Source: an uncultured SAR86 cluster bacterium | GTDB lineage: Bacteria > Pseudomonadota > Gammaproteobacteria > Magnimaribacterales > D2472 | Direction: 5' to 3' | Assembly (NCBI GenBank): GCA_902541175.1 | Contig: CACBPP010000002.1 | Coordinates: forward strand, 14,581 to 78,580 | DNA length: 64,000 nucleotides | Part shown: piece after piece, positions 21,056 to 29,846 of the stretch | Position numbering within the stretch: position 1 is the stretch's first letter | Layout: every line of letters starts with the position of its first letter | Translations under genes and position numbers: made by a program | The notes under the pieces: model-generated | What the model was told of the DNA's origin: nothing | The model's database searches: none | The model's input: the letters and a program-made list of their open reading frames with translations, nothing else

Positions 21056-21260
21056 AAATAAAAACCCCCATCGAAATGGGGGTTATAAACTAACTCTCGT
21101 TAACTACAATTGTTAGCCGGAAACTAAAAAATTACCCCTGTCAAAAGGTAAATCCTCCGTTTCCTGTTGTTAAATAAATACTAATAGGACCACCTCCATG
21201 TTCAGGGTAGTAATAAACATATTTAGCAATCCCCTTAAAAAATCACTAAATAAGACACTC
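21056..21260 (-). ncRNA. candidate structured small RNA or small-peptide transcript (contains 16-codon ORF 21170..21220)
   Basis: ~240-nt gap in a dense genome; TATAAT at 21272-21267, several G-U-rich hairpins, multiple GGA motifs, terminator at end. Confidence 0.45.
21063..21084 (-). terminator. intrinsic terminator
   Basis: AACCCCCAT-CGAA-ATGGGGGTT stem followed by TTTATTTT on minus strand. Confidence 0.85.
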
Positions 21261-21307
21261 ATATAAATTATATACGCAATAGTTGGTAAATAAAGACTTA
21301 TTTAATA

Positions 21308-21526
21308 CTAAAATGAAAACTCTAGTTGAGACTTTGGTTCAGTGAAATCGTTATTATATGAATTGTTAACTGTTTCATATGTATTATCACTAAGATATTC
21401 CTCCAAAAGCCCTACATCGCCATTAAAAAATTTAAAAGCTAGCATTTTTTTTGCAGAATTCTTGTCTACAGATGAGTTTAGTTCCATCAAAATTGGATCT
21501 TTATTTAAGTAAATTAAATTATTCAT
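21308..21526 (-). CDS. 72-aa hypothetical, LexA-box controlled, C-terminal clamp-binding-like motif QLEFSF
   Basis: ORF track plus promoter positioned at its ATG; no recognised family. Confidence 0.75.
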   Translation of the reverse strand: MNNLIYLNKDPILMELNSSVDKNSAKKMLAFKFFNGDVGLLEEYLSDNTYETVNNSYNNDFTEPKSQLEFSF

Positions 21527-21532
21527 TAAGTA

Positions 21533-21561
21533 ATTATACTGTATATTTATACAGTATACAA
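21533..21561 (-). promoter_or_regulatory. sigma70 promoter with embedded LexA (SOS) box
   Basis: TTGTAT-17 nt-TATAAT; TACTGTATATTTATACAGTA at 21537-21556 differs at one base from the E. coli consensus TACTGTATATATATACAGTA. Confidence 0.88.
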
Positions 21562-21565
21562 GATT

Positions 21566-22165
21566 TTAATCTTCTATCTTTGGGTCAACGATTAAGCGAG
21601 TATCTACAAGTGTTCTAAAAATTATCCATAATGCGGCTATTACAGCAGTAGCGCCAAGAAAATCACCAACTGCAAATCTGAAAACAGTAATCACACTAAT
21701 AGAGCTTATTGAATTAATAACTGATAGGATTAAATTTACCAACAACCCATTTAATAAGGATGAAACTATTATTACAAGATATAGAAATTTATAGTTTTCA
21801 AAATTAACCTCCTTGAAAAAAGAGAAGAATCCAGGTGTTGCTCTTGTCCATTTAACTAGCTCAACAGCAGCAACAACAGAAAATAATGAAGCGATTGCAG
21901 CTATTGACCAACCCTCCATATAGTCATTGTGGTGAATAAGAGCAGGGCCAGTTATTTCTGCTAAATATAAACCTGGTAGAGAGTGATATCTAAAAAAACA
22001 AAACATTAAAACTCTAGCACCATGAGGCAAATAACATAAACTTCCAACCCATTCACCGTTTGGATTCATATTTGCAATATCAAGAACTTGAAGGAAGTAC
22101 CAAACTGAATAGCAAAACATTGAAAATACGTATACGGTTATGGTTACTTTGATAGCATGAATCAT
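21566..22165 (-). CDS. MASE1-like stand-alone membrane protein
   Basis: About 6 TM segments; YLPHGARVL and GDFLG resemble MASE1 conserved stretches. Confidence 0.55.
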   Translation of the reverse strand: MIHAIKVTITVYVFSMFCYSVWYFLQVLDIANMNPNGEWVGSLCYLPHGARVLMFCFFRYHSLPGLYLAEITGPALIHHNDYMEGWSIAAIASLFSVVAAVELVKWTRATPGFFSFFKEVNFENYKFLYLVIIVSSLLNGLLVNLILSVINSISSISVITVFRFAVGDFLGATAVIAALWIIFRTLVDTRLIVDPKIED

Positions 22166-22183
22166 GATTAAGATTTAAAAGTT

Positions 22184-22489
22184 TTAATTAGCTAATATTA
22201 AATTAAATTCTCTTTTGTCTCCTTCTGATTGTTTAACTAGAACAAGATCTGCTAGTTCAAATTTTTTAATAGTTTTATAAACAGTTGATCTTGAAAATCC
22301 TGACGAATCAATAACATCACTTATGTTACATGTACCACAATTGGAAAGTTTCCAAGCAATAATATAATAAATTTTCTTTTCAGTTTCGTTATATGAAACT
22401 AAATTTAGGTCTTTTTCTATATTCCAAAGCATTTCTAAAATGCTTGTTAGGTTCTTTGAATAATTGCTAGGCATCATAAAATCATACAT
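22184..22489 (-). CDS. winged-helix (MarR-like) DNA-binding protein
   Basis: ISDVIDSSGFSRSTVYKTIKKF HTH, SEGDKRE wing. Confidence 0.75.
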   Translation of the reverse strand: MYDFMMPSNYSKNLTSILEMLWNIEKDLNLVSYNETEKKIYYIIAWKLSNCGTCNISDVIDSSGFSRSTVYKTIKKFELADLVLVKQSEGDKREFNLILAN

Positions 22490-22529
22490 TTAAAGATATA
22501 CTGAAACAAGTATAATTATTCTCTAAATT

Positions 22530-22614
22530 GGAAGGTTGGCAGAGCGGTAATGCAGCACCTTGGAAAGGTGTCGTCGGTAACGGCGCGGGGGTTCGATTCC
22601 CTCACCTTCCGCCA
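22530..22614 (+). tRNA. tRNA-Ser(GGA)
   Basis: GGAAGGT/ACCTTCC acceptor, GCACC-TTGGAAA-GGTGT arm, long variable arm, CCA; TATAAT at 22511. Confidence 0.95.
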
Positions 22615-22620
22615 AATTTG

Positions 22621-22644
22621 GCCCCCTCATTTTAAAAAGGGGGC
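22621..22644. terminator. hairpin terminator between convergent tRNA-Ser and secreted protein gene
   Basis: GCCCCCT...AGGGGGC stem. Confidence 0.7.
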
Positions 22645-22650
22645 AATTGA

Positions 22651-23091
22651 TTACATTTTAAAATTTACTTGATTAATTCTCTGGTTATCTACCATTCTTC
22701 TGATTTCTTCATATCCTTTTGAAATCTTATCAAGTTCTTCTTCGTCATCACCATATCTTTCAGCAAGTACTGCATTAACTGCATCATATTTCTCTTTAGT
22801 TTGTTCCATTGCAGCCATATTTTCATATTCAATGGTTAACCAAACATTTGGACTATTTGCTCCATCAGATACATAAACACCATAATCAACTATATGACCA
22901 AGTTCTTTTTGAACTTCAACAGATCTTACCCATGTTCTCTTTAAATTGACTAAATAATTATCAAGATAGTTTGCTTGAACATCAATAACAGTTAATTGAA
23001 TTTGCCTTTCAGATGGCTCATAGTCCTTCCAAATCTCTGCATATACATTTGATATTGAAAACGTAATAACAAGTAACAATATTTTTTTCAT
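22651..23091 (-). CDS. secreted hypothetical protein (possibly dimeric alpha-beta barrel)
   Basis: Signal peptide MKKILLLVITFSISNVYA; typical codon usage. Confidence 0.7.
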   Translation of the reverse strand: MKKILLLVITFSISNVYAEIWKDYEPSERQIQLTVIDVQANYLDNYLVNLKRTWVRSVEVQKELGHIVDYGVYVSDGANSPNVWLTIEYENMAAMEQTKEKYDAVNAVLAERYGDDEEELDKISKGYEEIRRMVDNQRINQVNFKM

Positions 23092-23115
23092 AATTTCTCC
23101 TTATGTAATAAGTTA

Positions 23116-23838
23116 TTATTGATTAAATTCTCTAAAATTTACAAATAATTTTTTATTATGTGAGCCTCTTATGGGATTTATATCTATGCCTCCCCTTCTT
23201 TGAAAACGACCACAAACTTCTAAATGATTAATTGAGAGATCATTTTTTAAAGTTTTAAAAATAAGTTCAATACATTGCTCATGGAATCCGCCATGATTTG
23301 CAAAAGATATTAAATACTTTTTAAGCCATGAGGTGTTAATAGATTTATCAGAAAAAATATAGATATTTGCAAAGTCTGGTTGTGAGGTTACTGGACATAT
23401 AGACCTAAATCCATTGAATTTTATAATTTTTTTTGTAGGTGTCTTTTTAAGCTTAAGATTATTTAAATCAATACATTTAGGCTCTTTATGAAAAGAATTT
23501 ATAAATTTTATTCTTATTTTTGTTTTAAGTTTTGATTCAAGATCTTTTTTTATTTTGTTAATTATTTCAGTTTTTGATTTAAAAGATTTATTATAAAAAC
23601 TGTTTAGATACAACTTCATAGATTTTGATTCAATAATAAAATCTGATTTTGATGGTATAGATATTTCTAATACACGCAGAGAAGGAATTTTATTTTTATC
23701 TAAGTACATAAAATCATAAACATTCCATATGTCTAATCCATGATTTATGTCTTCTTTTATTCTGCTAATATTATCAAGAAGATTTATACCACTTTTTATA
23801 ATTCTTTTTGAACTCTTTCCAAGAACCGAAGTCTTCAT
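23116..23838 (-). CDS. queF: NADPH-dependent 7-cyano-7-deazaguanine reductase (two-domain type)
   Basis: IIESKSMKLYLNSF, FRSICPVTSQPDFA (catalytic Cys), GFHEQCIE, RRGGIDINP. Confidence 0.93.
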   Translation of the reverse strand: MKTSVLGKSSKRIIKSGINLLDNISRIKEDINHGLDIWNVYDFMYLDKNKIPSLRVLEISIPSKSDFIIESKSMKLYLNSFYNKSFKSKTEIINKIKKDLESKLKTKIRIKFINSFHKEPKCIDLNNLKLKKTPTKKIIKFNGFRSICPVTSQPDFANIYIFSDKSINTSWLKKYLISFANHGGFHEQCIELIFKTLKNDLSINHLEVCGRFQRRGGIDINPIRGSHNKKLFVNFREFNQ

Positions 23839-24620
23839 TCTCGAATTCCAATACCTTTATGCAATAAAAATAGAGATAGTGATGTAAACACAAATATAAA
23901 TATAGAAATCATTGTTAATGAAAATGAAATTGATACATCACTTATTCCTAACATCCCTTCTCTAAAAGTATTTACTACGTATAACATTGGATTTGCCATT
24001 GATACTTGTCTCCATAATTCGGGCAATATATTAATTGAGTAAAAAACACCTCCCAGATAGATCAATGGAGTTAAAACAAAAGTTGGAATTACAGATATAT
24101 CATCAAAACTGTCTGCAAATACTGCATTTATAAAGCCCATCAATGAGAACAAAATAGCTGTTAAAACCAGCACTAATAAGGTTAAGCCCAAATTTGCTAT
24201 TTCAAATTCTGGATAAAATATCAAACTTACACAAAAAACAATTATTCCCACAAGAACTCCTCTAGACACTCCCCCTAGAATGAATCCAAGCAATATAACC
24301 CAATTAGGCATAGGCGATATCAATAATTCTTCAATAGATTTTTGGAACTTAACTCCGTAAAAAGAAGATACAACATTTGCATATGAATTTGTAATAACTG
24401 ACATCATAATTAAACCGGGTATCATAAATTGGACATAATCAAAACCATCCATTTCACCAATACGAGGGCCAATCAAGGAACCAAAAATTACAAAATATAA
24501 TGACATTGTTACAGCAGGCGGCACTAGTGTTTGAATCCATATTCTCATAAATCTTCTTATTTCCTTCGATGTCAAAGTCCATAATGTAATTAAAATTGTT
24601 TTGTTACTTATATCTTTCAT
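23835..24620 (-). CDS. ABC-2 type permease (YadH-like)
   Basis: KEIRRFMRIWIQTLVPP, NSYANVVSSF, TPLIYLGGVFYSI. Confidence 0.9.
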   Translation of the reverse strand: MKDISNKTILITLWTLTSKEIRRFMRIWIQTLVPPAVTMSLYFVIFGSLIGPRIGEMDGFDYVQFMIPGLIMMSVITNSYANVVSSFYGVKFQKSIEELLISPMPNWVILLGFILGGVSRGVLVGIIVFCVSLIFYPEFEIANLGLTLLVLVLTAILFSLMGFINAVFADSFDDISVIPTFVLTPLIYLGGVFYSINILPELWRQVSMANPMLYVVNTFREGMLGISDVSISFSLTMISIFIFVFTSLSLFLLHKGIGIRE

Positions 24621-24621
24621 T

Positions 24622-25536
24622 TTATTTCTTAATCATTTCAATAAATAATTCTTCGAGCCTATTTGATTCGTTTCGCATAGATTTGACATTAATACCAATC
24701 TTATTGAGTTCACTAAATAAATTATTTATAGAACTTTTTTTGCTTACAGCAGTAACTAGAGTAAGAGGATCTTCTAATCTTATCTCGAATCCTTGAATAT
24801 TTGGTGCTTCTTTTAGTGGTTTCTCAAGATCAAGAACAAAGCCTTGAACATCTAATTTTCTTAATAAATCCTTCATTGAGGTATCAACAACTATTTCCCC
24901 ATGATCAATGATTCCAATATTTCTACATAATTGTTCAGCCTCCTCAAGGTAGTGAGTCGTTAAAATTATAGTGGTTCCATTATTGTTTATTTCTTTTAAG
25001 AAATCCCACATCTCTCTTCTTAATTCAATATCAACTCCAGCAGTTGGCTCATCAAGAATTAATAATTTGGGTTCATGAATTAGTGCTTTTGCAATCATAA
25101 GCCTCCTCTTGTAGCCTCCAGATAGAGTTCTAGCTTGATCATCTCTCTTATCCCAAAGACCTAATCTTTTTAACATTATTTTTACTTTTGGTTTTGCTAG
25201 AGATTTTGGTATTCCATAAAATCCTGCTTGTGTGATGACAATATCAATTACTTTTTCAAATTGAGAAAAATTTAATTCTTGAGATACAACTCCCAAGATT
25301 GACTTTGCAATAGAAACATTTTGATCAATATCATGGTTGAATATTTTTACAGTACCGCTTGTTTTTGTAACTAACGTTCCGATAATGCCAATGGTTGTAG
25401 ACTTTCCTGCACCATTAGGCCCAAGAAGTGCGTAAAAATCTCCTTCTTTAACTTTTAGAGAAATACCTTTTAGCGCCTCTGTACCTCCAGAGTATACTTT
25501 TCTTAAATCTGATATTTCTAGAGCAAAATTATCCAA
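24622..25536 (-). CDS. ABC transporter ATP-binding protein (YadG-like)
   Basis: GPNGAGKST, LSGGYKRR, ILDEPTAGVDIELRR, TTHYLEEAE. Confidence 0.92.
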   Translation of the reverse strand: MDNFALEISDLRKVYSGGTEALKGISLKVKEGDFYALLGPNGAGKSTTIGIIGTLVTKTSGTVKIFNHDIDQNVSIAKSILGVVSQELNFSQFEKVIDIVITQAGFYGIPKSLAKPKVKIMLKRLGLWDKRDDQARTLSGGYKRRLMIAKALIHEPKLLILDEPTAGVDIELRREMWDFLKEINNNGTTIILTTHYLEEAEQLCRNIGIIDHGEIVVDTSMKDLLRKLDVQGFVLDLEKPLKEAPNIQGFEIRLEDPLTLVTAVSKKSSINNLFSELNKIGINVKSMRNESNRLEELFIEMIKK

Positions 25537-25537
25537 T

Positions 25538-26902
25538 CTAGTTCTCTTTTATCGAATTATCTACAAGCACTAAACTTAAAAAGAGTCCAATTAACAAGCC
25601 GATCCATGGAGCTGCAACACCATTAAACTCTCCGAATGCAACAAAAAGAGCAGTTATTATAGATATTGCGATTTCACTATTTTTCTTAACAAGTGAAATA
25701 GCGACATAAGAACACGCAAGTCCAGTTAAAACCAATGTAACACCAAGTGCTAATATCATTAGTGGTTTCATTAATGTAATAAAGGGGAGTACAAAAAATA
25801 ATAATGGTATTCCCATTAAATAATATGAACCAATTCCATCAAAGAGAGACTTCATAACACCACTGCCTTGCTTCCATCTTTCAACAATGATTACATGAAT
25901 TCCTGTCCATAAAGTTCCTTGAGTTGGAAAAAAAGGATTTACACATGCGCCAATTAGGTTTCTGATTCCCACACTATTGTGTGCCCTATTAATATCTATA
26001 TTGATTTGTTCATCAGGTCTATTTTTTTGAGCATCATTAATAATTTCAATACCTGTAACAAAATCTCCAAATAACAATAAATATCCAATTATCACAAGTG
26101 GAAGAACTTCAAGATAATAATCAACTGGTGGCATTCCAATTGATAATGGTGAAGTTAACTCAAAAACCTCATTCATTGGAGGCAATAAGAATCCTGACTG
26201 AATATCAAAATTTATTTCTCCAACAAGATATCCAACAAAGGCTGCTATTAAAAATCCTGGAAGTAGTCCTAACGATCCAATGATCTTTAATATCTTATTA
26301 TTCTCGGCAATTCTTTTGTAGGGTTCTGAAAAAGTAGTAATAGTACAAATTATCAATATTGTTAACATAGCTACTGGAGTTTCTCCAATATATCTTTCAA
26401 AATCACTAAAAAATATTTGATAAAAAGCGGCAAGAGCAGCTCCTAAAATAATTCCAGATTTTAAAGCATTAGGGATTTTTTCAACAATTACTCTACCTAA
26501 TCCAGTTAAACCTAAAAATAAAATTATAATTGTAAACTCGATACACATCGCAGCCATATAATGAAAAGCTTCTTCCCTATAAACTCCATCAAAATATCCT
26601 TTTGATATAAAGAAAGCTATTACAAGTGGTAATGCTGGTGTAACCCAACCTGGGGCTAATGGTTCACCAAATATAATTGGGCCAGATGTAATCAATATAC
26701 TTGCTATAAAGCAACATGCTACGGCCTGTTCAAAACTTAATCCAAGCGCCATTACTACTGGTGCTCCAGCTAATGCAGTTGCTCCTGCAATTATGAGACC
26801 CTGGAGAAATTCACCTGTTAGAAACTTCATGTGTATAAAAGGAATTCTCAGTGTAAATGGACCCCATTTAATTCCATTTTGTTTTGTTACTTCATTGTTC
26901 AT
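25538..26902 (-). CDS. polytopic membrane transporter, NCS2/xanthine-uracil permease-like
   Basis: 454 aa, over 10 TM segments; family assignment uncertain. Confidence 0.55.
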   Translation of the reverse strand: MNNEVTKQNGIKWGPFTLRIPFIHMKFLTGEFLQGLIIAGATALAGAPVVMALGLSFEQAVACCFIASILITSGPIIFGEPLAPGWVTPALPLVIAFFISKGYFDGVYREEAFHYMAAMCIEFTIIILFLGLTGLGRVIVEKIPNALKSGIILGAALAAFYQIFFSDFERYIGETPVAMLTILIICTITTFSEPYKRIAENNKILKIIGSLGLLPGFLIAAFVGYLVGEINFDIQSGFLLPPMNEVFELTSPLSIGMPPVDYYLEVLPLVIIGYLLLFGDFVTGIEIINDAQKNRPDEQINIDINRAHNSVGIRNLIGACVNPFFPTQGTLWTGIHVIIVERWKQGSGVMKSLFDGIGSYYLMGIPLLFFVLPFITLMKPLMILALGVTLVLTGLACSYVAISLVKKNSEIAISIITALFVAFGEFNGVAAPWIGLLIGLFLSLVLVDNSIKEN

Positions 26903-28074
26903 TTTGAAAGCTCCGCCATTCCTTCTTCTAAACCTTTTAATGTAAGAGGATACATTCTATTTTCAAATAAATCTCTAAGGATGCATATAGATGATGTGTA
27001 ATCCCAATGATCATCAGGAACAGGATTTAACCAAGCCATATTTTCAAAGTGGTCCGATAACCTTTTAATCCAAACATGACTAGGCTCCTCATTCCAATGT
27101 TCAATACTCCCGCCTGCATTTGTTATTTCATATGGCGCCATTGTTGCATCTCCAACAACGATTACCTTATAGTCAGATGAAAATTTATTGATAATATCTT
27201 GTACCATAAATCGTTCTTGTGATCTTCTTCTGTTATCTTTCCAAACAGATTCATATATTGAATTATGAAAATAAAAATATTCTAAGTTTTTAAATTCAGT
27301 TTTAATGGCAGAAAATAATTCCTCACATAGTTTTACGTATGGATCCATTGAACCACCAACATCAAACATAACTATAACTTTCACTGAATTAAGTCTTTCA
27401 GGAACCATTTTAATATCTAGATAACCAGCATTTTTTGCTGTTGACTTAATAGTATCATCCATATCTAGCTCAAGATCATTGCCTTGTCTGGCAAATTTTC
27501 TTAATCGCCTTAATGCCATTTTAATATCTCTGGTACCAATAATTACTGAATCATCAAGATTTGAATATTGTCGTTGTTCCCAAATTTTTACAGCTTTTTT
27601 TTGTCCCCCAGGGCCGCCAATTCTTATACCTTCAGGGTTTTGACCCCCGTGACCATATGGTGAGGTACCGTTAGTTCCAACCCACTTATTACCACCCTCA
27701 TGTCGCTCTTTTTGCTCTTCTAGACGTTTTTTAAATTCCTCTAATAGCTTTTCTAATCCTCCAAGAGACTTGATCTTTTTTAATTCCTCTGGATCAAGTT
27801 CTTTTTCAAATGCTTTTCTTAACCAATCCTCTGGTATGAGTGCTTGAAAAACGTCTTCCATGCGTTCAATACCTTTGAAATATATTTCAAAAGCTTTATC
27901 AAATTTATCGTAATATTTTTCATCTTTGACTAGTGTTGCTCTTGAAAGATAGTAGAAGTCATCAATATTTGCATAAACCAATTGGTTTTCAAGAGCACCT
28001 AATAAATCTAAAAGCTCTCTTACTGTGCAAGGCACACCTGAGGATCTAATTGTTTGAAATAAATTAATTAACAT
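26899..28074 (-). CDS. VWA domain protein (CoxE-like MoxR partner)
   Basis: FDVGGSMDPY MIDAS, FYFHNSIYE, VGDATMAPYEI, WLNP. Confidence 0.85.
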   Translation of the reverse strand: MLINLFQTIRSSGVPCTVRELLDLLGALENQLVYANIDDFYYLSRATLVKDEKYYDKFDKAFEIYFKGIERMEDVFQALIPEDWLRKAFEKELDPEELKKIKSLGGLEKLLEEFKKRLEEQKERHEGGNKWVGTNGTSPYGHGGQNPEGIRIGGPGGQKKAVKIWEQRQYSNLDDSVIIGTRDIKMALRRLRKFARQGNDLELDMDDTIKSTAKNAGYLDIKMVPERLNSVKVIVMFDVGGSMDPYVKLCEELFSAIKTEFKNLEYFYFHNSIYESVWKDNRRRSQERFMVQDIINKFSSDYKVIVVGDATMAPYEITNAGGSIEHWNEEPSHVWIKRLSDHFENMAWLNPVPDDHWDYTSSICILRDLFENRMYPLTLKGLEEGMAELSK

Positions 28075-28926
28075 CTACTTTGAGTTTGATTCTCTTCTTG
28101 ACATAAATGCAAGCCTTTCAAGGAGTTGTACATCTTGTTCATTCTTTAGAAGTGCGCCATATAAAGGAGGAATAGCTTTTGACGAATCAGCATTTTTTAG
28201 AATTTCATCTGGCATATCATCTGAAAGTAATAATTTTAGCCAATCGATTAATTCAGAAGTTGATGGTTTCTTCTTTAGTCCAGGAATTTTTCGTAAATCA
28301 AAAAATATTTCAAGTGCCTCACTAACTAATTTTTTCTTTATTTTAGGATAGTGAACAGAAACAATTTTGTTCATTGTTTCCCTGTCAGGAAATTGAATGT
28401 AGTGAAAAAAGCATCTCCTTAAAAATGCATCAGGTAATTCTTTCTCATTATTTGAAGTCATAATTATTAATGGACGATGTTTTGCTTTAATAGTTTCACC
28501 AGTTTCATAACAAAAAAATTCCATACGATCTAGTTCTTGAAGCAAATCATTCGGGAATTCAATATCTGCTTTATCAATTTCATCAATCAAAAGAACAACC
28601 TGTTTATCAGATGTAAAAGCATCCCAAAGTTTCCCTTTCTTAATGTAATTAGATATATCTTTTACTCTCTCGTCACCTAATTGAGAGTCTCTTAGTCTTG
28701 TAACTGCATCGTATTCATATAATCCCTGAGATGCTTTAGTGGTTGATTTGATATGCCATTCAATAAGATCCATACCAAGAGCATTAGCTACCTCAATAGC
28801 TAACAACGTTTTACCTGTTCCTGGTTCGCCTTTAACTAATAAAGGCCTCTCTAAGGCTCTGGCTGCGTTTACAGCCATGCTCAAATCTTCAGTAGATATG
28901 TAGTTCTTTGTACCTTTAAATTGCAT
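28075..28926 (-). CDS. MoxR family AAA+ ATPase
   Basis: GEPGTGKT, LLIDEIDKADIEFPNDLL, SNNEKELPDAFLRRC. Confidence 0.92.
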   Translation of the reverse strand: MQFKGTKNYISTEDLSMAVNAARALERPLLVKGEPGTGKTLLAIEVANALGMDLIEWHIKSTTKASQGLYEYDAVTRLRDSQLGDERVKDISNYIKKGKLWDAFTSDKQVVLLIDEIDKADIEFPNDLLQELDRMEFFCYETGETIKAKHRPLIIMTSNNEKELPDAFLRRCFFHYIQFPDRETMNKIVSVHYPKIKKKLVSEALEIFFDLRKIPGLKKKPSTSELIDWLKLLLSDDMPDEILKNADSSKAIPPLYGALLKNEQDVQLLERLAFMSRRESNSK

Positions 28927-28949
28927 TAGATATCCTTTTAATTAATATT

Positions 28950-29792
28950 TTATGATAATTTTTCTTCTGATTTTAGTATTCTAGTGAGTTGACGGCTCGA
29001 AGCAACTAAATTTCCATTTAAATCCCATATATTACAATCTTGTTCAAAATATCCTTTATTAATATCAGTAGCTTTAAAGTCAGCATAAACCACTGATGTT
29101 GAAGGTAATTGTCTTATATGAGTTGTTAAAGTAATAGTTGGAATCCATCCCAGAGGTCCATACTTATTTGATACAACAGGTGGAAGAATATCTGAATAAA
29201 AAGATAGGCAGAATTGATCAGGTGTTCCACCTTCCATTTCAAGGAAAGCAGAACATCTTGCTTCATTATCTTTATCGTTATTTGATTCTCTATTCCACCA
29301 AGCATGATTTGGATGAACTAAACACTCCAATTGTTGGATAAATGCTGGTGTAAAGCCTTTTGAAATTTTATCGTAATTCATTTTTACATAATCTTTCTTA
29401 TCTCTGTCTTTAAATATTGCAGGCAAGGGCTTTGATAAACCATCATATCCCTTCATAAATTTAAAATCAGAGCAAGTTCCAGTAAAAGTAGTACAAGTTT
29501 TACTATTTTGCTTCAACTTAACAATACCTGATGAGCTACCTCTGCTAATTTTAAAAGTTTCAACTTCTAACTCAAAAGGAGCTGCATCAATTCTATCTAA
29601 ATACTGAACTGATGAGCTTATTGCAGTTGAATGAGGCAGTATGTTTGTTAATGCTTTGTGCATCACTGCCATTAAATATCCACCATGGGGGGTATTACCA
29701 ACAAAATAATTAGTATTTGGATTTACTAAAAACTTATTATCTTCAGTATTCTCTAGATTAAGAGCATCTTGAAATCTTTCAAATTGATTCAT
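28950..29792 (-). CDS. TesB-like acyl-CoA thioesterase (double hotdog)
   Basis: PHGGYLMA, YSDILPP, PTITLTTHIR, WDLNGNLVASSRQ. Confidence 0.82.
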   Translation of the reverse strand: MNQFERFQDALNLENTEDNKFLVNPNTNYFVGNTPHGGYLMAVMHKALTNILPHSTAISSSVQYLDRIDAAPFELEVETFKISRGSSSGIVKLKQNSKTCTTFTGTCSDFKFMKGYDGLSKPLPAIFKDRDKKDYVKMNYDKISKGFTPAFIQQLECLVHPNHAWWNRESNNDKDNEARCSAFLEMEGGTPDQFCLSFYSDILPPVVSNKYGPLGWIPTITLTTHIRQLPSTSVVYADFKATDINKGYFEQDCNIWDLNGNLVASSRQLTRILKSEEKLS

Positions 29793-29846
29793 GATGAGTT
29801 AATTTTAGTTCATAATTTATATTATTAGAAATTAATATAGACCTAT

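Noticed and set aside
21131-21242. Alternative frame FFKGIAKYVYYYPEHGGGPISIYLTTGNGGFTF resembling a lasso-peptide core
   Set aside because: No ATG/GTG/TTG start, no leader, no maturation genes nearby.
22530-22614. tRNA-Ser or tRNA-Arg as island integration sites
   Set aside because: No duplicated 3' fragments of these tRNAs were noticed within the window.
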